This document shows positions 61,801 through 64,000 of a stretch of 64,000 bases of DNA, piece after piece. Under the pieces are notes generated by a model. It was given only the letters and a program-made list of their open reading frames with translations. It ran no database searches and was not told the DNA's origin. How positions within the stretch are numbered: the stretch's first letter is position 1; each line of letters opens with the position of its first letter. This DNA is from Klebsormidium nitens (lineage: Eukaryota; Plantae; Klebsormidiophyceae): the NCBI GenBank assembly GCA_000708835.1, contig DF237121.1, forward strand, positions 97,260 through 161,259, written 5' to 3'. The translations under genes and the position numbers were made by a program.

Positions 61801-62769
61801 CCTTGCTATCTCGTTGTCCATCTTATCGCTCCCCGAAACTTTCTTACTGCCCGCTCTTATCATATACTGCTCTTACTATTCTCCCCTTGTCTGCGCTGGC
61901 GTCCGTGCGTCCTTTCGGCCCTCCTTCAAAGTCGCGGCTTTGAAGATTCGCGGTTTTAGAAATGTCGTTGGCTTCTGCGATAGCAGCTGAAGAAGCTCCC
62001 ATCTTCGATTACGAAAATCGAGATGACTTTTTTCACAAGTCGCGTCCGCCATCTCCTATATCGTGTTACATGTGTCGGGATAAGCATGTCGTTTTGTTAG
62101 AGTAGGCCCGATCAATATACAAGTGACAGGAAGTCCAGATACCGCATATGCTGCTTTGAAGATCGAGGTTTCTGAGACATAAGCGCGTCGTTTTCGCAGG
62201 AGTGGCCGCCCGAGTTCGAGGACCTGCTTGAAAAAGTGCAGCTGCCGAACGCGGACCTAGACGTGGACCTCCGAACGTTTGCTCAGATCGCCTGCGCGCT
62301 TCTTGATATCCCCGTGTAAGCGATAGGGCCTTTGGTGATGCATGCGAGTGCAATTCAATTGTCCCATGGGTTCGTACGTCGATGGTAACGTTCCATAGCC
62401 GCTCGCTGTTGTGGGCTCTTGCTTGTCTGGCATGGTGAGGAATGACTCTTCTCAAATGTTTCACGTTTGCAGTGACTGTTTTTTATTGTGTGACTGGTAG
62501 CCGCTGCCCATGATAAGGCGAAAGCGAGACAAAGTTGAAACCGCTTGGTGTAAATCAAATCGTTCAGCTGATTAGCGGAAGCGCTCAAATCGAAGCCGGG
62601 GAGAGCCGCTTTTGAGTGTGAACCAACTGAACATGACGGCTTCCTATTCTACAGGTACAGCAATCTGGTCGAATCCTTGCACGTCATGTTCACTCTCTTC
62701 ATCGAGTTCAAGAATAATCCCCATTTTGGGGCTGCTTCGAATCAAGCAGAGTGGGCCGCTCAAACCTGA
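55853..62769 (+). CDS. IFT46: Intraflagellar transport protein 46
   Basis: Exons 55853-55918, 56727-56832, 57806-57950, 58717-58912, 59663-59839, 61090-61326, 62200-62315, 62655-62769, all phase-consistent. VQNQPHDEE, LFQYIGRYKP, KLKPFIPEYIPAVGDIDEFIKVPRPD, LGLKVLDEPAAQQSDPTVLNLQLR, MPDIEKLMQEWPPEFE, LDIPVY..LVESLHVMFTLFIEFKNNPHF. Confidence 0.96.
58590..61745 (+). repeat. Echoes of IFT46 exon edges
   Basis: Acceptor copy at 58590-58655 (exon 58717). Donor copy at 59975-59998. Four acceptor copies at about 60351, 60541, 60786 and 60928 (exon 61090). Donor-side copies at about 61500-61612 and 61685-61745. Confidence 0.9.
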
Positions 62770-63446
62770 TTGTGGCCCGTCGTCATTTGGATATTGATGG
62801 ATCACTCAGCTCCAAACGTTAGTGCACGATTGCGGCGTCGCGACTCAAACATGTGAGATTAGATGACCGGTCCACTGACAGTATTTGCCAGCAATTGAAT
62901 GTACCGCAATCTGCAAAATCTAGTCATTGAGTTGAGGACAAAGTCTTACCATCTTTGGCCCGGCCGAGCTGGCGATCCAGCTCGTCAAGAGTGATGAAGT
63001 ATTTGGACTTGCTAGATGCAATTGCCGACAACTTTATAGGCAGTAATACGAGGATCCCGCTATACCTCTATGAGATATTTACCGTAGCTCGATCTTAGAA
63101 TTATGCTCAGCGTATGATAACGTTTTACCAATCCAACCAGGGGCGATGACGGTATGTATACCGGACTTGATACGATCTATATGGCGATGGTAAGAGGAAA
63201 CAGTAATCATTGATGATCACCGGTTCGTCTTTCATCGCTATCTGATGTGGAGGCGGCCCAGCAGTGCGTGCGGCCATATAATTAGGTAGGCGTTTCACCA
63301 TCGGTTTACTGTAAGCAGAGACGGTTTTCATTCACGTTGAGAGACAACTTTTAGGAGTTGCTTTACTTTACCAACAAAACAATCATGGGCACGTGTACTA
63401 CCAAAGCTTGACTGTGAGTGCAGCCTGATAACTCGCTTCATAACAT

Positions 63447-63545
63447 GAAAATGGCCTCCCTAATTAACCGGGAGGCCTTTTCGGGGTTAAGAAGGGGTTT
63501 AGGAGTCCTTCGGGGTTTGGGGTTTGGGGCTCGGGGTTAGGGCTG
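63447..63545. repeat. GC hairpin followed by a degenerate telomere-like G-rich tract
   Basis: GAAAATGGCCTCCC-TAATTAACC-GGGAGGCCTTTTC, then GGGGTTAA..GGGGTTTAGG..GGGGTTTGGGGTTTGGGG..GGGGTTAGGG. Confidence 0.5.
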
Positions 63546-64000
63546 GGAGGAGGGTGGGTTTCGGCCCTCGGGGCTATTCGATGTGTCGGTTCGGCTGGAG
63601 CCAGTTAGCTTTGGACACAGTGGATGGGCACGGTACTAGGATACGGCTAAGGTGGCCTGGCCCGAGTTAGGCCGGGTAGTAGGTATGATAAGATCAGCGC
63701 CCGGGGAACGAATAGCTTTGACTCTAAGACCGGGGGTAATTCAATAACTGATATAAGGGAGGGTCTGGGGTTACTTTGTGGGACAACATAACCAGTCAAC
63801 CAAGTCAAAGCCACGTGGTAGAAACGGTAAGGGTTCAGCCAAGAGGATCGCGGTTCGCGAATAACAAGCCTTATCGCCCGTCCGGGTTTTTCGCTCAGCC
63901 ATTTTGCCGGGAGCCATCAGAAATGTTTCGAAGTCGAATCACGTGGCGGGGAGATATCACTGATATACCCCGCCGCGGAGTAGTAGTTGTACCATGAGAG

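Noticed and set aside
63125-63331. 68-aa ORF as a gene or transposase fragment
   Set aside because: No recognisable motif or splice structure.

Overview
Intron-rich eukaryotic genomic DNA, roughly 50% GC with GC3-rich exons. The gene set (plant-type REC/CLU protein, plant-type nucleotide-sugar transporter, flagellar IFT46) points to a flagellated streptophyte alga such as Klebsormidium; this is inference only. Six spliced genes can be rebuilt by hand with consistent intron phases: REC/CLU-TPR (+, 5' end outside the window), a 2OG-Fe(II) dioxygenase (+), PUF60 (-), LSM6 (+), a CMP-sialic-acid-transporter-like SLC35A protein (-) and IFT46 (+). An accessory region of about 20 kb (15.5-35 kb) holds nested non-autonomous DNA transposons and two diverged, oppositely oriented paralogues of an unknown Pro/Ser-rich gene. 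The most unusual signal is pervasive 'splice-junction echoes': about 30 degenerate 30-150 nt copies of exon edges, usually with their splice site, stacked in the adjacent introns at about 20 sites. They often form polarised arrays, and in IFT46 the echoes appear to keep an older codon state than the functional exon. A candidate poison exon in PUF60 is also visible. I saw no rRNA, tRNA or CRISPR array. All coordinates and alignments were read by eye.
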